IMG/VR virus record: IMGVR_UViG_3300025543_000013
Span: 1-64,000 of that record
Reading direction: 5' to 3' (one strand)
DNA length: 64,000 bases
Source of the DNA: a virus
Shown here: in pieces, positions 20,305 through 30,322 of the stretch
How the letters are laid out: every line of letters starts with the position of its first letter
How positions within the stretch are numbered: position 1 is the first letter of the stretch
Program-made: the position numbers and the translations under genes
Notes under the pieces: generated by a model
Told to the model about the DNA's origin: nothing
Databases searched by the model: none
Seen by the model: only the letters and a program-made list of their open reading frames with translations

Positions 20305-21717
20305 ATGGCAGGATATTTAGACCAAGTAAAAGAAAATCCAATATTTAAAGAAACAAAAGAAAGTTTAGATACGGTTGGAAAAGGTATGTGTTTGGCAAAG
20401 TGGACACAAGTTACACTTCAATTACAAACAGGACACAATCATAGTTGTCACCACCCGAGAACACACAAAATTTCAGAAGCTGAAATCAAAAGAAATCCAA
20501 GTGCTCTACACAACACACAATATAAAAAACTTCGTAGACGAGAAATGTTAACTGATAAACGACCAGTCGAATGTGATTATTGTTGGAATGTAGAAGATAA
20601 TTCAAATAGATTTTCAGATAGAATATTTAAGTCAGCAGAATCTTGGTCTAAACCACATTTTGATGAAATTGTAAATCAAGATTGGAGAGAAGATTTTAAT
20701 CCAAGATATGTAGAGGTGGCATTCTCAAATGCTTGTAATTTTAAATGTAGTTATTGTGGCCCACCTTATTCTTCTACTTGGATGCAAGAAATTAAACAAC
20801 ACGGAGCATATCCAACAACAGATAAGTTTAATGGTATGGAAGGTATGATTGCCGAAAATAAAGTTCCAATTCTACACAAAGACCCAAATCCTTATGTTGA
20901 TGCATTTTGGAAATGGTGGCCAGACTTATATCGTGATTTACATACTTTTAGAATTACCGGTGGAGAACCAATGTTGGCAAAAGATACTTGGAAAGTTTTG
21001 GATTATATTATTGACGAACCTAATCCGAATCGTAATTTAAATTTTGCTATCAATTCCAATCTCGGATTGGGTGATGATATGATTGACAAGTTAATCGGTA
21101 AGATTAACAAAATAGAAGATGAACGACGAGTAAAAGAGTTTATTATATTTACATCAGTTGATACTTGGGGAGAACAAGCAGAGTATATAAGAAATGGATT
21201 AGAGTTCAATCGTTTTTGGGATAATATGAATAAGATATTAGAAAAATGTCCACGAGTTAATCTGACCATTATGTCTACTTATAATGCACTATCAGTTCCA
21301 AATTATGATAAATTGATAACAGGTGTTTATGATTTAAAACAAAACTATGGGTCTGACGATAGATATTGGAACTCTGCAGTATTTTTAGATTCAAGTTATT
21401 TAAGATATCCAAGTCATCAAACTGTACAAATACTACCAGATTATATAAAACCATTGATTTATAAACAAACACAATTAACCGAATATATGGCAACACCAAA
21501 TTTTGAAACAAGATTAATCGGATATTCTGATATTGAAGTTCAAAAAATAAAAAGAATATATGATTGGTCTTTATCGGTTAAAGAAGAAAATTTAGTAGAA
21601 CAAAGACAAAACTTTTATAGAATGTTTTCAGAACACGATAAAAGACGAGGAACTAATTTTCGTAAAACATTTCCAGAATTAGAAAAGTTTTTTATGGAGT
21701 GTAAAGATTTATGTTAA
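20305..21717 (+). CDS. Twitch-domain radical SAM protein
   Basis: CLAKW...SCHHP...CDYCW, then CNFKCSYC, ITGGEP, SVD. Confidence 0.85.
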   Translation: MAGYLDQVKENPIFKETKESLDTVGKGMCLAKWTQVTLQLQTGHNHSCHHPRTHKISEAEIKRNPSALHNTQYKKLRRREMLTDKRPVECDYCWNVEDNSNRFSDRIFKSAESWSKPHFDEIVNQDWREDFNPRYVEVAFSNACNFKCSYCGPPYSSTWMQEIKQHGAYPTTDKFNGMEGMIAENKVPILHKDPNPYVDAFWKWWPDLYRDLHTFRITGGEPMLAKDTWKVLDYIIDEPNPNRNLNFAINSNLGLGDDMIDKLIGKINKIEDERRVKEFIIFTSVDTWGEQAEYIRNGLEFNRFWDNMNKILEKCPRVNLTIMSTYNALSVPNYDKLITGVYDLKQNYGSDDRYWNSAVFLDSSYLRYPSHQTVQILPDYIKPLIYKQTQLTEYMATPNFETRLIGYSDIEVQKIKRIYDWSLSVKEENLVEQRQNFYRMFSEHDKRRGTNFRKTFPELEKFFMECKDLC

Positions 21718-22427
21718 GAATTAAAAAAGGTAGTCCTTACTATGTTTTACCAACTCAAAGATATGATTTAACAACATTTCCACCAAGTCGTTCTATGCAA
21801 CAAGACTTTACATTTTTTGTAAAGTTTAGTGTGGCTGATATTATAGAAAATCAAAAAACACCATCTTCTATTATGATGAGGCCTGGAATGCATTATGGGT
21901 TAACATATAACCAAAATACAGGAAATATTTCTTGGGAATATTGGTATGAATTTGAAAACGAAAATAAGTTTGAATTTTTAACATTAGAAACTAAACCATA
22001 TGAGTTGACTGATGAGTGGATTGTAATTGTTCAACATAATTTTAACAAAAAACATTTTAAAATGTCTTTAATCAGTAAAGACTTTACATCAACAGAAATC
22101 GAAAAAACTTATTTAGGAAGACTTTGTGACTATACCGAAACACCATATAATTTTGGTTGTGGAAATTATTTTCAACAAGTTGATGAATCACATTATTTTT
22201 GGGCAGATTATAATTTATACTACACAGGGTTGATAAAAAATTGTAAATTTAACGAAGATGATATTTTAAAGTTTGTTTCTGATAACACCAATTCTACATT
22301 TAAGCTAGATAAATATATTGATGATTTAGTTTTTTTCTTTAATTTTAAAGAACAAAATAAATATAAAGTTTGGGATTTATCAGGACATTGTAATTTTCTT
22401 ATGAAAAATATGGATGTTGGTAAATGA
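21711..22427 (+). CDS. Stand-alone LamG/ConA-like domain protein
   Basis: QDFTFFVKF...YNFGCG...LVFFFNF...VWDLSGHCN resembles the GT7 inserts. Confidence 0.5.
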   Translation: MLRIKKGSPYYVLPTQRYDLTTFPPSRSMQQDFTFFVKFSVADIIENQKTPSSIMMRPGMHYGLTYNQNTGNISWEYWYEFENENKFEFLTLETKPYELTDEWIVIVQHNFNKKHFKMSLISKDFTSTEIEKTYLGRLCDYTETPYNFGCGNYFQQVDESHYFWADYNLYYTGLIKNCKFNEDDILKFVSDNTNSTFKLDKYIDDLVFFFNFKEQNKYKVWDLSGHCNFLMKNMDVGK

Positions 22428-23644
22428 CAACAATATATTGTACTAAATCCGAACTTAAATCACTATTTTATGAAAATGAACATTTATTAGAAAATGTTAA
22501 GCATATTAATATTGACCATTTTGACGACACTTTAAGAGAATTAAAAACTAAAATAAAAGTTGTAAGATTTGAAGACATAACACACCCAATATTTAATCCA
22601 GAGGACAATTCGGTCATTATTTTCGATAGGAGAGTTATTGAAAGAGATTTTTTTACATTGATAAATGAATACGGATATGATTTTCGTGATAGATTATATT
22701 CTATATGGAAAGAACGAAATGTGAGAGTTTTATTTAATTTTGCATTTTTTGAACCAATTGAGTATCAAACAAAATTATATGATTTTATAACTACTGATTT
22801 CCCATTTAGACACTTAAAACTAACAGATTATCCATTATTTAAAGATTTGCCTAATTTTGAGTATGATTCTTTATATAATATGTTTCATTACTTTAATGAA
22901 AATTTAAATGGAAGTCCTAATTCTTTTCCAATAAAAGAACACACTATTGAAAAAGAAAAATTGTTTTCTTCTATTCAAATGAAATTAAGACCACATAGAT
23001 TATATTTTTTTAAGAAGTTATTAGAAAATAAATTAGAACACAATGGATATATTACTGCTACTAAGTTCTACTTTGATGAATATGTTAATGCCGATTTAAA
23101 AACTGATAATAATTCTTTACAAAACAAATATTATTATGAAAAGGACAATTGGAATTTTTTCAAAACAAAGTGGGAAGACTATAAAAATATTATCGTAGAT
23201 AGTTTTCAAAATAATATCTGGCAAAACCATACACAAAAATATAATTTAGATTTTGAATATGATAAAAGTTATATAGATATTTATGGTGAAACCCACATTC
23301 TTTATAATATCAAATATCCATTTTTTACTGAAAAATCATATCAACCAATCTTCTTTGAAAAAATGTTTATATTGTATGGTGGGAATAGATTTTATCGTAA
23401 GTTAAAAAAATTGGGGGGATATAATTTCTTTGAAGAATTTGGATTACCAACAAATTATGATGAAATCGAAAGTCCTTATAAACAAGTAGATTTAGTAGTG
23501 GATGCACTTTCCCAACTATCTATACATAAATTTAATAAAACTTTTTTAGAAAGTCAAGAAAAAATTAAAAAAAATAAAAAAATTATTTTAGATTATTATA
23601 AAGAAATAATAAGTAAAACACACAATTTTATATTAGACAGATGA
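22424..23644 (+). CDS. Putative glycosyltransferase (GT10-like motif), paralogue 1
   Basis: RPHR...IDIYGET...FTEKSYQPIF...FILYG...YDEIE. Confidence 0.55.
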   Translation: MTTIYCTKSELKSLFYENEHLLENVKHINIDHFDDTLRELKTKIKVVRFEDITHPIFNPEDNSVIIFDRRVIERDFFTLINEYGYDFRDRLYSIWKERNVRVLFNFAFFEPIEYQTKLYDFITTDFPFRHLKLTDYPLFKDLPNFEYDSLYNMFHYFNENLNGSPNSFPIKEHTIEKEKLFSSIQMKLRPHRLYFFKKLLENKLEHNGYITATKFYFDEYVNADLKTDNNSLQNKYYYEKDNWNFFKTKWEDYKNIIVDSFQNNIWQNHTQKYNLDFEYDKSYIDIYGETHILYNIKYPFFTEKSYQPIFFEKMFILYGGNRFYRKLKKLGGYNFFEEFGLPTNYDEIESPYKQVDLVVDALSQLSIHKFNKTFLESQEKIKKNKKIILDYYKEIISKTHNFILDR

Positions 23645-24471
23645 AAAAAATATTACTAACAGGAGGTTGTAGCTTTTCTGCACCATACCCAGAAGAATGG
23701 AAAAAAACTTGGGTTCAATATGTTCAAGAAAAATATGAATTTGATAACTATATTCATACCGGTATAGGAGCATCTGGAAACGAATTAATAACTTATAGGT
23801 TGTTGTATTATCTTAACAAATTAAAGGAATTACAGAAAACCCAAGACATCAAAATATATTTAGCAGTTATGTGGAGTCAAGTAGACAGAATAGACATAAT
23901 GACTAATAATTTTTCTTTAGATATGAAAACTGATAATGGAAATATGATTAACCACGATTCAATTGAAACAAATATTAATTTAAATAATAATAGTTCTATT
24001 GAAAAAGTAAAAAGTTTTCTTAAAAAAAATTCAAAGTTTATTAGACCAGGAGGAAAACCCATTGACGAAGATTTTTATAGAAAAGATAATCCCAATCAAA
24101 GGGAGTGGTTATTAAATTATTATAAAGATTATTATACTGATGAATATGCGATTAATCAAACTTTGAAAAATATTTCATTAATTCAAAATTATTGTGAAAA
24201 AAATGATATAAATTATATTATGTTTTCAATGGAAAATCTTTTTGATAATAACAGAATTTCAATTAATAATTATCCTAACATAAAAAACTTTTTAAGTTTA
24301 GTTGATTGGGAAAAATTTGTTTTCTATAAAGAACAAAATGGATTGTATGAGTATACTCACTTAAATAATCTAAAAATGTGGGAAGATAATTTTCATCCAC
24401 ATAGTTCTACTCATAAACATTTTATTGATAACTTTGACAAAGAAATTAAAAAGATATGGAAAATAAAATAA
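23641..24471 (+). CDS. SGNH-like protein, paralogue 2
   Basis: GGCSFS, GASGN, MWS..DR, NFHP. Confidence 0.7.
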   Translation: MKKILLTGGCSFSAPYPEEWKKTWVQYVQEKYEFDNYIHTGIGASGNELITYRLLYYLNKLKELQKTQDIKIYLAVMWSQVDRIDIMTNNFSLDMKTDNGNMINHDSIETNINLNNNSSIEKVKSFLKKNSKFIRPGGKPIDEDFYRKDNPNQREWLLNYYKDYYTDEYAINQTLKNISLIQNYCEKNDINYIMFSMENLFDNNRISINNYPNIKNFLSLVDWEKFVFYKEQNGLYEYTHLNNLKMWEDNFHPHSSTHKHFIDNFDKEIKKIWKIK

Positions 24472-25748
24472 TATTTGCATACGATAGAAAACAAGATGAT
24501 TTTTTTGTTCCGAATGGATATTTTGTAAAAGATAATTTTTATGATGATATTGGTCAATATACCATTAACACACAACACGAGCCTATTGTTCACCCTATGT
24601 TTAGAGCACTTCAACAAAATCAACTTTTACTTGATGATGTAAAAGATAATTTTATCTATCCAATAGAACAATTTGGTGCTATAGAAAAGTTAATCGGTCA
24701 AGAAAACGGATATGAAAATATAAATATGTTTTCAAATATAGGTCAAAAAACTTTTGATAAGATAAGAAGTAAAAATGGAAAAATAGTTGTATTTTCATTT
24801 GAAGAAAGTAGAGTAGAACTTCAATCCATAGTTTTTCTACACACTAAATTATTAGAGTATAATATTAATGAAATATATTATGTAACAGGAAATAATTGGT
24901 CTATACAAAATCACTATAATGTATGGTGTCAACATAACAATATAAAGCCAAAAGTAATTATTTTAAATTCACTTGAACAACTTTATTTAAAAGGACAAGA
25001 TTTATATAATAAAAGAGGAAAGTTTGTTGAGTTAAACGAAATAGAAAGTAAACGAGAAAAAAGATTTCTTTGTTTTAATCGTAGAATCAGACCACATAGA
25101 TACGCAATGATTGCGATGTTTCATCATAACAATTTACTAAAAGATAATTTAGTTAGTTATTCATTAGAAAGAGGTAAAGATTTAAATCATTTGGGTGAAC
25201 AAGGCCCCGATTTACACACTATGAACATTATTATGGGAAAAACAGAATTAAGAGATTCATATATGTCCTATTATAATGAACTTGTTAATTTATCACCAAT
25301 GATAATAGATTATGAAAATCTTACTAATGTAATGGGGCCTGGTTGTGAAAATAAAGAACCATATTTACAAACTTATTTTTCTATCGTTACCGAAACAGCA
25401 TTTCCAGAACAAATATATTTTTCAACAGAAAAAATATATCGTCCTATGTTACATTTTCATCCATTTATAGTTTATGGTTCACCATTTACTTTGAAAAATT
25501 TAAGAGAACTTGGATTTAAAACATTTGAAGGATTCATAGATGAAAGTTATGATGAAACATTATCACCATTTAAACGAATGCAAAAAATTACAAAAGAAGT
25601 AAAACGATTGTGTAGTATGAATGATACTGAAATACACGATTGGTATTTGGGTATGAAAGACACATTGATACATAATAGAAATCTGATGTATGAATATGGT
25701 AGTAAGTATGAAAAACATATGTTAGATTTAGTTGGAGATATTTTATGA
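24456..25748 (+). CDS. Putative glycosyltransferase (GT10-like motif), paralogue 2
   Basis: FLCFNRRIRPHR...FSIVTET...STEKIYRP...PFIVYG...LRELGFKTF...DESYD. Confidence 0.6.
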   Translation: MENKIIFAYDRKQDDFFVPNGYFVKDNFYDDIGQYTINTQHEPIVHPMFRALQQNQLLLDDVKDNFIYPIEQFGAIEKLIGQENGYENINMFSNIGQKTFDKIRSKNGKIVVFSFEESRVELQSIVFLHTKLLEYNINEIYYVTGNNWSIQNHYNVWCQHNNIKPKVIILNSLEQLYLKGQDLYNKRGKFVELNEIESKREKRFLCFNRRIRPHRYAMIAMFHHNNLLKDNLVSYSLERGKDLNHLGEQGPDLHTMNIIMGKTELRDSYMSYYNELVNLSPMIIDYENLTNVMGPGCENKEPYLQTYFSIVTETAFPEQIYFSTEKIYRPMLHFHPFIVYGSPFTLKNLRELGFKTFEGFIDESYDETLSPFKRMQKITKEVKRLCSMNDTEIHDWYLGMKDTLIHNRNLMYEYGSKYEKHMLDLVGDIL

Positions 25749-26452
25749 TTTTATTTTTGGGTTGTAGTTTTACTTGGGGGGCTGGACTACAATATGAATA
25801 TTTACATAATGAAGAAAATGTTTCTTTTGACTATATAAATAAAAATTTAATACCACCAAATTATTTTTTAGAACATTGTTCATACAAAGCAGATAAATAT
25901 AGACAAGAAAAACATTTTCCTAATTTAATTGCAAAACATTTTAATAGTGCTTATTGTTTAGGAAAATCCGGTAATGGTGGTAATAACAATGAAATAGAAA
26001 GAATACTTAATGACTTTCAACTGAGAAATTTGGGAGGACAAGGACAATGTAAATTAATTGTAGTTCAATTTACAGATTGGCAACGTAGTCTTGAGCCTCA
26101 TCCGAGAATTAGTGATTTAATTGAAATAGAGAAAATAATAGAATTTCAAGTTAATCAAATAGTTCAACAAATACAAGCTTTTGGTGTTAAAAATTGGGTA
26201 GGAATTTCTTGGTTTGAAGATATTGGTAAATTTTTAAAAACAAAATTTCCAAAAAACTATGTTCCAATTTATGCAAATGGTGTGGAACTAACAGGTTTTG
26301 AAAATCTTTGTCAAAAAAATAATCGTACTAAACCATATACACTTTGGGGTTGGAGTAATGAAAAAATAGATGATATGCATTTTAATTCATATGGACACGA
26401 ATTTATTGCAAAACAAATAATAAGAAAAATTGAAGAAAATAATTTACTTTGA
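25745..26452 (+). CDS. SGNH-like protein, paralogue 3
   Basis: LGCSFTWG, GGNN, QFT..R, DMHFNSYGH. Confidence 0.7.
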   Translation: MILFLGCSFTWGAGLQYEYLHNEENVSFDYINKNLIPPNYFLEHCSYKADKYRQEKHFPNLIAKHFNSAYCLGKSGNGGNNNEIERILNDFQLRNLGGQGQCKLIVVQFTDWQRSLEPHPRISDLIEIEKIIEFQVNQIVQQIQAFGVKNWVGISWFEDIGKFLKTKFPKNYVPIYANGVELTGFENLCQKNNRTKPYTLWGWSNEKIDDMHFNSYGHEFIAKQIIRKIEENNLL

Positions 26453-26465
26453 TACTTATTATTAA

Positions 26466-26535
26466 GTCAGTCGGAACTAACTCGGGTGAAATCCCTGAAA
26501 GACCTAACCTTCCGAAACGACATTAAAATAGGAGG
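26466..26535 (+). promoter_or_regulatory. Structured GC-rich 5' leader (candidate cis-regulatory RNA) upstream of rmlC
   Basis: Nested pairings GTC/GAC, TCGGAA/TTCCGA, GGG-TGAAAT-CCC; preceded by GATACTTATT and followed by AGGAGG. Confidence 0.5.
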
Positions 26536-26538
26536 CAA

Positions 26539-27042
26539 ATGTTTAGTTATCAATCACAGATTAGTGATATCTTGAAAGATGTCAAGATATTCACACCAGA
26601 CAAATTCACAGATTATCGTGGAACAATGTGGACATATTGGGAACAATCAATGGACACACCACCACAGAAAATCTCTAAATTTACACATTCTCGTAAAAAT
26701 GTTCTTAGAGGATTACACGGAGATAATGAAACTTGGAAACACATTACTTGTGTTTATGGTGCCTTTTATTTAGTTGTTGTTGATTATCGTAAAGATAGTC
26801 CGACTTATTTAAAGTGGGACAGTTGGACACTTGATGACAAAAATTGTAAAAGTGTATTGGTTCCGCCAGGTTTTCTTAACGGGCATTTATGTTTAACAAA
26901 CGAGTGTGTATTTCATTATACTCAATCTTATCCAAATCAATATGTTGACTATCAAGACCAAATAACAGAAAAATGGAATGACCCAATGTTAAAAATAAAT
27001 TGGCCAATCAATAACCCTATATTATCGGAGAGAGACAAATGA
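26539..27042 (+). CDS. rmlC: dTDP-4-dehydrorhamnose 3,5-epimerase family
   Basis: FTDYRG, SRKNVLRGLH, VVDYRKDSPTY, VPPGFLNGH, WNDP..I.WP. Confidence 0.9.
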   Translation: MFSYQSQISDILKDVKIFTPDKFTDYRGTMWTYWEQSMDTPPQKISKFTHSRKNVLRGLHGDNETWKHITCVYGAFYLVVVDYRKDSPTYLKWDSWTLDDKNCKSVLVPPGFLNGHLCLTNECVFHYTQSYPNQYVDYQDQITEKWNDPMLKINWPINNPILSERDK

Positions 27043-27449
27043 AAAACAGAAAATTTTTACCATCATTAAATGAATTAATTGATAGATTAAGTATTCATCA
27101 ATTAAAAGAAGTGTTTATAGCAGAAAACAAAAAAAACTATGCAAAAGAAATTAAAGATATGATGCACGATATAGATTTAATTTTAAAAGAAGATAGTGGA
27201 AAAGTAACCGCAGAAACCATTAGAGCAATCATAGTATTGGCACAAATGAACACACACATCTGGTATAACGAAACAAAAGTTCGTAACGGAGAAAAAGACG
27301 GAAATTTACATCTAACACACGGACTAAATGGTATTCGTAATACTGCAGGAAATAAAATAGCAGAGTGTATAGGTAATAAAAATGGTAGACGAGATTATAA
27401 AATAGATTGTTTAGCAGCAGAATTTAAAGATTGGGAAATTAGTTGGTAA
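27039..27449 (+). CDS. Hypothetical helical protein (resembles DUF4254/DUF6165 N-terminus)
   Basis: SLNELIDRLSIHQLK...LAQMNTHIWYNE...R; family name from memory. Confidence 0.55.
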   Translation: MKNRKFLPSLNELIDRLSIHQLKEVFIAENKKNYAKEIKDMMHDIDLILKEDSGKVTAETIRAIIVLAQMNTHIWYNETKVRNGEKDGNLHLTHGLNGIRNTAGNKIAECIGNKNGRRDYKIDCLAAEFKDWEISW

Positions 27450-28075
27450 TGAAAAATTTAGAACAATACGAAAAAGTTAGAGAAGTTCCTTTTGTTAAAC
27501 AAGATTTAATTGAGTTTGAAGACCAAATAGTTTCTTTATGGGAAAATGGTAAAATAAAGGCACCAGTTCATTTATCCAATGGTAACGAAGATGAGTTAAT
27601 AGAAATTTTCAGTAGAATAGATTATAGTGATTATATATTTTCTACTTGGAGAAGTCATTATCACGCACTACTTCACGGAATATCAACAGAATGGATAGAA
27701 TATCAAATTTTACAAGGAAAATCAATATCATTGTGTAATCTTGACCATAATTTTTATTCATCAGCAATCGTTACAGGTATTTTACCAATCGCACTCGGAA
27801 CTGCTATTGGACTAAAAAAACAAAACTCAAAACAAAAAGTATGGTGTTTTGTTGGAGATATGACATTTGAAACAGGTATATTTTATGAAGTTCATAAGTA
27901 TGCCAGAAACTTCGATTTACCATTATACTTTGTCGTAGAAGACAATAAGGTTTCTACACAAACACCAACAAAAGCAACTTGGAATAAAACAAGGGATATA
28001 CCAGATGATGTAATTCATTATAATTATGAATCTAAATATCCACACTACGGAACAGGAAAATGGGTCGTATTTTAA
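27449..28075 (+). CDS. TPP-dependent enzyme, E1-alpha-like subunit
   Basis: HLSNGNE, STWRSHYHAL, GDMTFETG...VEDN TPP-binding motif. Confidence 0.8.
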   Translation: MKNLEQYEKVREVPFVKQDLIEFEDQIVSLWENGKIKAPVHLSNGNEDELIEIFSRIDYSDYIFSTWRSHYHALLHGISTEWIEYQILQGKSISLCNLDHNFYSSAIVTGILPIALGTAIGLKKQNSKQKVWCFVGDMTFETGIFYEVHKYARNFDLPLYFVVEDNKVSTQTPTKATWNKTRDIPDDVIHYNYESKYPHYGTGKWVVF

Positions 28076-29382
28076 ATTTACTATATAAAGATTGGTATAA
28101 AGATTGTAGATTGCCAAATGGACTTACGAGATTTGAAATTGATAAAATGAAAGAAATTTTACATACTGAGTATAGTAATGATATTTCTATGTTATTACAA
28201 CCAGATATAGATATATTAGTTAAAGATGGGCTAAGACCTACTTGTAAAATAGGGCCATTTTTAAGTACAGATTTACTTAAAGAGTTTAAAACAAACTTTG
28301 TTAGATTTGAGGACATTACAGAGGACGAAATTTATTTTTATGTAATTGAATTACTACATCAAACTGGATTATATCGTTCGTTACAACAAATACCAGATGA
28401 GATTATCGACTTAGTAAACCAAGATAGATGCTTTGTCATTTATGATTATGAACACGAGGGTCAATTTGATTATGATTTTTTTAAACAATGGTATCAAAAT
28501 TGTATTATACAAGAGGGATACTCACATATAAAATATAATAATTTCTATGTTTTAACCGGAGATTTAAATTATGATAGACAATTGGGAGATGATGTTGAAA
28601 TTAATTTTGTTCCTTCATTACACTTTGTAGAGTTGTGTGGGGCAGAAGCGGTGGATATGATTGAGGGAGTTAGTAGTAAACCAAACTTTAAAGTTCGTAG
28701 TGTTGATGAAATAGATGTGTCTAAAAAAACAAAACACTTTTTATCATACAATAGAAATTGTCAGAAAGACCATAGAAAGTCATTAGGTGCATATTTTGAA
28801 CACAATAACTTATGGAAAAATAATCATATAAGTTTTTTAAAAGGAAGTTGGACAAATGACACAATACCTAATATTTTACCAGATATGTATTTAGACGCGT
28901 GTAAAAGATTAGATGATATGGATATTGTTGAACTGGATACAAAACATTTGGAAGACAAATTTGGATTTGGAACATCATTTACAGATATGTGGGAATTTTA
29001 TCAAGAAACTTTTTTAAGCGTAGTTTCTGAAACTTTATTTGATGAATCAATATTTTTGTCAGAAAAAATTTGTAAACCAATATTAAGTTTACATCCATTT
29101 ATAGTTGTCGGTTCACCAAGAATTATTGAAAAACTTAATGAGTTAGGTTTTAAAACTTTTGAACCTTTTATTTGTGAAAATTATGACAGTGTGGTTGAAC
29201 CAGAAAAAAGATTACAATTAGTCTTTGATGAATTAGATAAATTTAGAAATAGACCTATCGAAGAATTGAAAGAATGGTTTGAAAGTATAAAACCAATATT
29301 AAAACATAATCAAGAAGTTTTGTTAAAAATAGGTAAAGAAAAATCAAGTAAAGTAAAATTTTTGGAGAAACTATATGACTAA
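28060..29382 (+). CDS. Putative glycosyltransferase (GT10-like motif), paralogue 3
   Basis: FLSYNR..DHR...LSVVSET...SEKICKP...PFIVVG...LGFKTF...ENYD. Confidence 0.6.
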   Translation: MGRILNLLYKDWYKDCRLPNGLTRFEIDKMKEILHTEYSNDISMLLQPDIDILVKDGLRPTCKIGPFLSTDLLKEFKTNFVRFEDITEDEIYFYVIELLHQTGLYRSLQQIPDEIIDLVNQDRCFVIYDYEHEGQFDYDFFKQWYQNCIIQEGYSHIKYNNFYVLTGDLNYDRQLGDDVEINFVPSLHFVELCGAEAVDMIEGVSSKPNFKVRSVDEIDVSKKTKHFLSYNRNCQKDHRKSLGAYFEHNNLWKNNHISFLKGSWTNDTIPNILPDMYLDACKRLDDMDIVELDTKHLEDKFGFGTSFTDMWEFYQETFLSVVSETLFDESIFLSEKICKPILSLHPFIVVGSPRIIEKLNELGFKTFEPFICENYDSVVEPEKRLQLVFDELDKFRNRPIEELKEWFESIKPILKHNQEVLLKIGKEKSSKVKFLEKLYD

Positions 29383-30322
29383 TGTTTTAATTACAGGTGC
29401 ATCAGGTATGATTGGAAAATATCTTGTAGATATGTGTTTAGAAAAAGGATATTATGTAAGGGGAACAGATATTCGTTATGATGACAGATATGATACTTAT
29501 TCAGAAAACTTTGAATTTTATCAAGCAGACTTACGAAACTTTGATGATTGTAAAAATGTAGTCGTGGATATGAATGTAGTGTTTCACGTGGCAGGAGTTA
29601 AGGGTTCACCAAAGAGAGCAGCTGAACAACCAAATGATTACTTTACACCAATGTTACAATTCAATACCAATATGGCAGAATCTGCAAGGCTTCAAGGAGT
29701 TGATTGGTATGTTTACACTTCATCAGTTGGAGTTTATTCACCAGCAGACTATTTTTTTGAAGATGATGTTTGGAAAACATTTCCAAGTCAAAATGACAAA
29801 TATGCCGGTTGGGTAAAACGATTAGGTGAATTGCAATTAGAATGTTTTGAAAAACATTATGGATTAAAAAATTATTCAATAGTTAGACCAGCAAATGTTT
29901 ATGGTCGTTATGATGACTTTAGTGAAAATGGAATGGTAATTCCACAATTAATAAAAAGAATACATAATGAAAATCCACTAATTTGTTGGGGAGACGGAAC
30001 ACCAATACGAGATTTCATACACGCAGAAGATGTGGCAAGAGGTATATTAATGTCGTATGAAAAGAAAATTACAGAACCTATTAATTTAGGTAGTGGTACA
30101 GGAGTATCGATAAAAGAATTAGTTGAAACATTATCTTTAATTTATCAAGAAAAACATTCAACTAATGTTGAGGTGTTGTGGGATACAACAAAACCAAATG
30201 GTGATGAAATAAGACTTATGGATATGACACGAGCAAATAGTTATGGGTTTTATCCAAAAATAACTTTATCAGAAGGTATATCTGATGTAATAGACTATAT
30301 AGGAGAAAAAAATGAACAATAA
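29375..30322 (+). CDS. NAD-dependent NDP-sugar epimerase/dehydratase (extended SDR)
   Basis: ITGASGMIG, TSSVGVY, YAGWVK, RPANVYG, WGDGTPIRDFIH. Confidence 0.9.
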   Translation: MTNVLITGASGMIGKYLVDMCLEKGYYVRGTDIRYDDRYDTYSENFEFYQADLRNFDDCKNVVVDMNVVFHVAGVKGSPKRAAEQPNDYFTPMLQFNTNMAESARLQGVDWYVYTSSVGVYSPADYFFEDDVWKTFPSQNDKYAGWVKRLGELQLECFEKHYGLKNYSIVRPANVYGRYDDFSENGMVIPQLIKRIHNENPLICWGDGTPIRDFIHAEDVARGILMSYEKKITEPINLGSGTGVSIKELVETLSLIYQEKHSTNVEVLWDTTKPNGDEIRLMDMTRANSYGFYPKITLSEGISDVIDYIGEKNEQ

